From positions 126,684,242-126,748,241 of the forward strand of contig NC_092377.1 of assembly GCF_030028105.1 (NCBI RefSeq): a stretch of 64,000 nt of DNA, given 5' to 3'. This stretch comes from Mobula birostris. Its lineage: Eukaryota. Below are positions 61,047-64,000 of the stretch, in pieces. How positions within the stretch are numbered: the stretch's first letter is position 1; each line of letters begins with the position of its first letter. The notes beneath the pieces are model-generated. The model had not been told where the DNA came from. It worked only from the letters and a program-made list of their open reading frames with translations, and ran no database searches. A program made the translations under genes and the position numbers.

Positions 61047-61301
61047 TTGGAATGCCGAAGCCAATCTCACAGAAGTCAGTGTTGGGGATGTCACCCTGGT
61101 GATACTTCAGGATGACACAGTCAGCCACCATCCAACCCTGGCTGGAGTTTCGACAGCACAGTTCATCTTCCTCACCCCTGATGCAGACATCCGTGACAGA
61201 CAACTGGTGGTCCTTAAGGTACAGGCTCTCCCCAGCAGTCAGGACGCAGCGGCAGATGAGGGTACTATTGGCCTCATTGAAAGAGCAGGTGGCCCGTGGA
61301 A
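61047..61301 (-). CDS. Gene B Ig-like domain exon (85 codons, eight Cys)
   Basis: Acceptor ctcctctcccgacag|, donor |gtaggt; VPRATCSFNEANSTLICRC...DVCIRG...LCC...ADCVILKY...IPNTDFCEI shares all six Cys of gene A. Confidence 0.85.
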
Positions 61302-61419
61302 CTGTCGGGAGAGGAGTGTTCGCAGTCAGTGGGGTCGGGGGTGGGGGGGGGTCATCATCCTCACCTCCCCACCTTCATTGCCCTACCATCCCATCACACA
61401 CTCTCAGGGACAGATACAG

Positions 61420-61980
61420 AGTGAAACTTCCTACACAGTGTCCCATCACACACTACTGGTGTCAGACACAGAGTGAAGGTCCCTCCACACTGTCCAATCA
61501 CACACTCCTGGTGTCAGACACAAAGTGAATCCCCCTTCACACCGTCCCATCACACACTCCCAGGTTCAGATACAGGATGAAGTTCCCTCCACCCACAGTC
61601 CCATCACATACTCCTGGTGTCAGACACAGAGTGAAGCTCCCTCCACACTGTCCCATCACATACTCCTGGGGAAGACACTGAGTGAAGCTCCCTCCACCAT
61701 GTCCCATCACACACTCCTGGGGAAGACACTGAATGAAGCTCCCTCCACACCATCCCATCACATACTCCTGGTGTCAGACACAGAGTGAAGCTCCCTCCAC
61801 ACTGTCCCATCATATACCTCCAGATCCAGGCACAGAGTCAAGTTCCCTCCCACTCCATTCCATCACACGCTTCCTGGGACAGAAACAGGGTGAAACTCAC
61901 TCAGCACCTTCTCATCACAAACTTCTGGATTTGGCCACAGAGTTAATTGTTCTCCACACTGTGCCATCACACACACACAG
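61420..61980. repeat. ~52-bp minisatellite in gene B intron 2; decayed equivalent at ~14700-14920 in gene A intron 2
   Basis: Unit ccatcacacactcctggtgtcagacacagagtgaagctccctccacactgtc, about ten copies. Confidence 0.88.
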
Positions 61981-62024
61981 GATCAGACATTGTCTGAAGT
62001 TCCTTCTGGACAGGATGTACTTAC

Positions 62025-62065
62025 CAGGAGTAGATCTGCCCATGATCATACAGACTATGATACAC
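62025..62065 (-). CDS. Gene B leader part 2 (CIIVCMIMGRSTP), phase 2 to 1; ATG exon not found in the window
   Basis: Acceptor tttatttttcctcag|, donor |gtaagt; IxVC shared with gene A exon 2. Confidence 0.78.
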
Positions 62066-63439
62066 CTGAGGAAAAATAAATGTTGATTTGAAGAGTTAAT
62101 CTGCAGAATCTGAAAGCTGGAACTATGCAGCTAGCTGTCTGTTCTCTGCCAATGTTCCACCTGCCCTTAAATATTTCTATGGGATATGATTTATGGGCAC
62201 TTTGAAAACAACGGCCTCATTAGAAACAGTCAATCTGGTGTTGTGTCGAGCAAGTTGTAATCCCTGTTCACCATCATATACAAGACCATAGGATAAAGGA
62301 GCAGAAGTGAGCCATTTGGCCCATTGAGTCTGCTGCATCATCTCATGGCTGGTTCAACTTTCCTCTCAGCCCCAATATCCGGCTTTTTACCTGTATCCCT
62401 TCATGCCCTGACCAATCAAGAATTTATCATCCTTTGCCTTAAATATACATAAAGATTTGGCCTCCACAGCTGCCCATGGCAAAGAATTCTGCAGATTCAT
62501 GACTCTCTAGTTAAAGAAAATGTATGTAAATTATCTGGATGAAAGCAAGGATGGGTGATTACGTTCACCAAAGATACAACGATTGGTGGCATTGTGGATA
62601 GTGCAGAAGATTACAACAGAAACGGTGAGATACAGATCAGTTACAGAGATGGGCAGAGAAATGGCAGGTGAGGCTTAATTGGGACAAGTGTGAGGTTTTG
62701 CTCTTTTTAAGAGGTCAGATTTAAAGGGACAGGCCACATTTAAAGACAGGACCAATAATAGTGTTGGGCAGGTGAATCTTTGGATCCTTGTCTAGATCTC
62801 CATGAAAGTGGCGCACAAATTGATAAGATGGTAAAGAAGGTGTATGGCATGTATGTGTTTATTACGAATGATGAATCAGTCCATTTGCATTGTTTAATTG
62901 TGTATAACCTACACTAATTTTTGTCTTGCACTGTACTGCTGTGGCAAAACACTTCTTGCAACATACCGATCTTATAATGAACCAGATTCTGATTCATCGA
63001 AGCACCGAGTTCAAGAGTCAGCAAGTTATGCTGCAGATTGATCAAACCAGTTTGGTTCACTCAGTTCTTTTCGCCTCGATACAAGTTGGGGCACGTGTTA
63101 TTTTTAGCTGAGTGTTGGCTGCCTGCAATGTGCTGCCAGGGATCATGGTGAAGGCAGATACGATAGAGATGTGCAAGCGTTAGGCAGGCATCCTCATTAG
63201 AGAACGTGGAGGCTTTCGAGTGGGCACAGAAGAGGTTTACCGGGATGCTACCTGGAATGCGGAGCGCATCTTATGAGTGAACTCTGGATTTTCTCTTTGG
63301 AGAGAAACAGGATGAGAGGTGACTTGATAGAGGAGTACGAGATGATAAGCCATAGGTAGGGATTTTTTCCCAGGGCAGAAGTGGGCATAATTTTAAGGTA
63401 ATTGGAGGAATGTTCGGGATATGAGATAGAAGGTGTTGT

Positions 63440-63960
63440 TCCTCCAACCTGAGTGTGGCTTCATCTTATATTCCGTCTGGGTAGCCTCCAACCTGATGGC
63501 ATGAACATTCTCAAACTTCTGCTAATGCCCCACCTCCCCCTGGTACCCCAAATATTATTTATTTATATACACACATTCTTTCTCTCTCTCTCTCTCCTTT
63601 TTCTCCCTCTGTTCTTCTCACTATACCCCTTGCCCGTCCTCTGGGTTTTTCCTCCTCCCCCTTTTCTTTCTCCCTAGGCCTCCTGTCCCATGATCCTCTC
63701 ATATCCCTTTTGCCAATCACCTGTCCAGCTCTTGGCTCCATCCCTCCCCCTCCTGTCTTCTCCTATCATTTTGGATCTCCCCCTCCCCCTCCAACTTTCA
63801 AATCCCTCACTAGCTCTTCCTTCAGTTAGTCCTGACGAAGGGTCTCGGCCTGAAACGTCGACTGCACCTCTGCCTACAGATGCTGCCTGGCCTGCTGTGT
63901 TCACCAGCAACTTTGATGTGTGTTGCTTGAATTTCCAGCATCTGCAGAATTCCTTGTGTT
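63440..63960 (+). mobile_element. Penelope 3' end / pseudo-LTR
   Basis: HLIFRLGSLQPDGMNI matches the C-terminus of the 5236-6693 ORF; followed by the pLTR arm. Confidence 0.88.
63828..63863 (+). ncRNA. Minimal type I hammerhead ribozyme motif in a Penelope pLTR
   Basis: AGTC-CTGACGA-AGG(gtctcgg)CCT-GAAA-CG-TC-GACT: stem I AGTC/GACT, intact core, palindromic ACGT in place of stem III. Confidence 0.65.
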
Positions 63961-64000
63961 TATGTCTTTTACAGTCTTAACCCACCATGGGCAATTGAAA

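Noticed and set aside
61047-61301. IL-2R-alpha sushi-like reading of gene B (LxCxC, SLY, C..NSS..W)
   Set aside because: The Trp and NSS are not conserved in paralog A, whereas the Ig-type positions are.
60874-61476. 200-aa plus-strand ORF
   Set aside because: It is the antisense shadow of gene B's Ig exon plus minisatellite.

Overview
This is eukaryotic, repeat-rich vertebrate DNA. The repeat content (CR1/HER1-like LINEs, HE1-like tRNA SINEs, Penelope hairpins) suggests a cartilaginous fish, probably a ray (inference). Most bases are decayed transposons, including a four-level nest at 4.3-13.0 kb (Gypsy LTR > Harbinger derivative > Penelope with a 13-bp TSD > Rex/Babar). The ORF track misses several short-exon genes that I assembled by hand from splice sites and phases. 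(1) Gene A (+, 13432-17558, six coding exons, 237 aa) is an apparently complete type I membrane protein with a split leader, an unusual six-cysteine Ig-like domain, a Ser/Thr/Pro stalk, a TM segment and a Tyr-free tail. (2) Gene B (-, 62065-57951) is a convergently oriented paralog with the same exon phases, but it stops immediately after the TM. (3) An NKp30/XMIV-like VJ-type receptor (+, 39303-42621) has two tandem V exons, a TM lysine in a TCR-like motif, and a third, decayed V exon upstream. Further CpG-rich exon-like islands (28.5-28.8, 34.1-35.1, 36.3-37.6, 43.2-43.5, 51.7-53.5 kb) remain unassigned. Penelope ends carry minimal hammerhead-ribozyme motifs. All gene models are manual, with no expression or database support.
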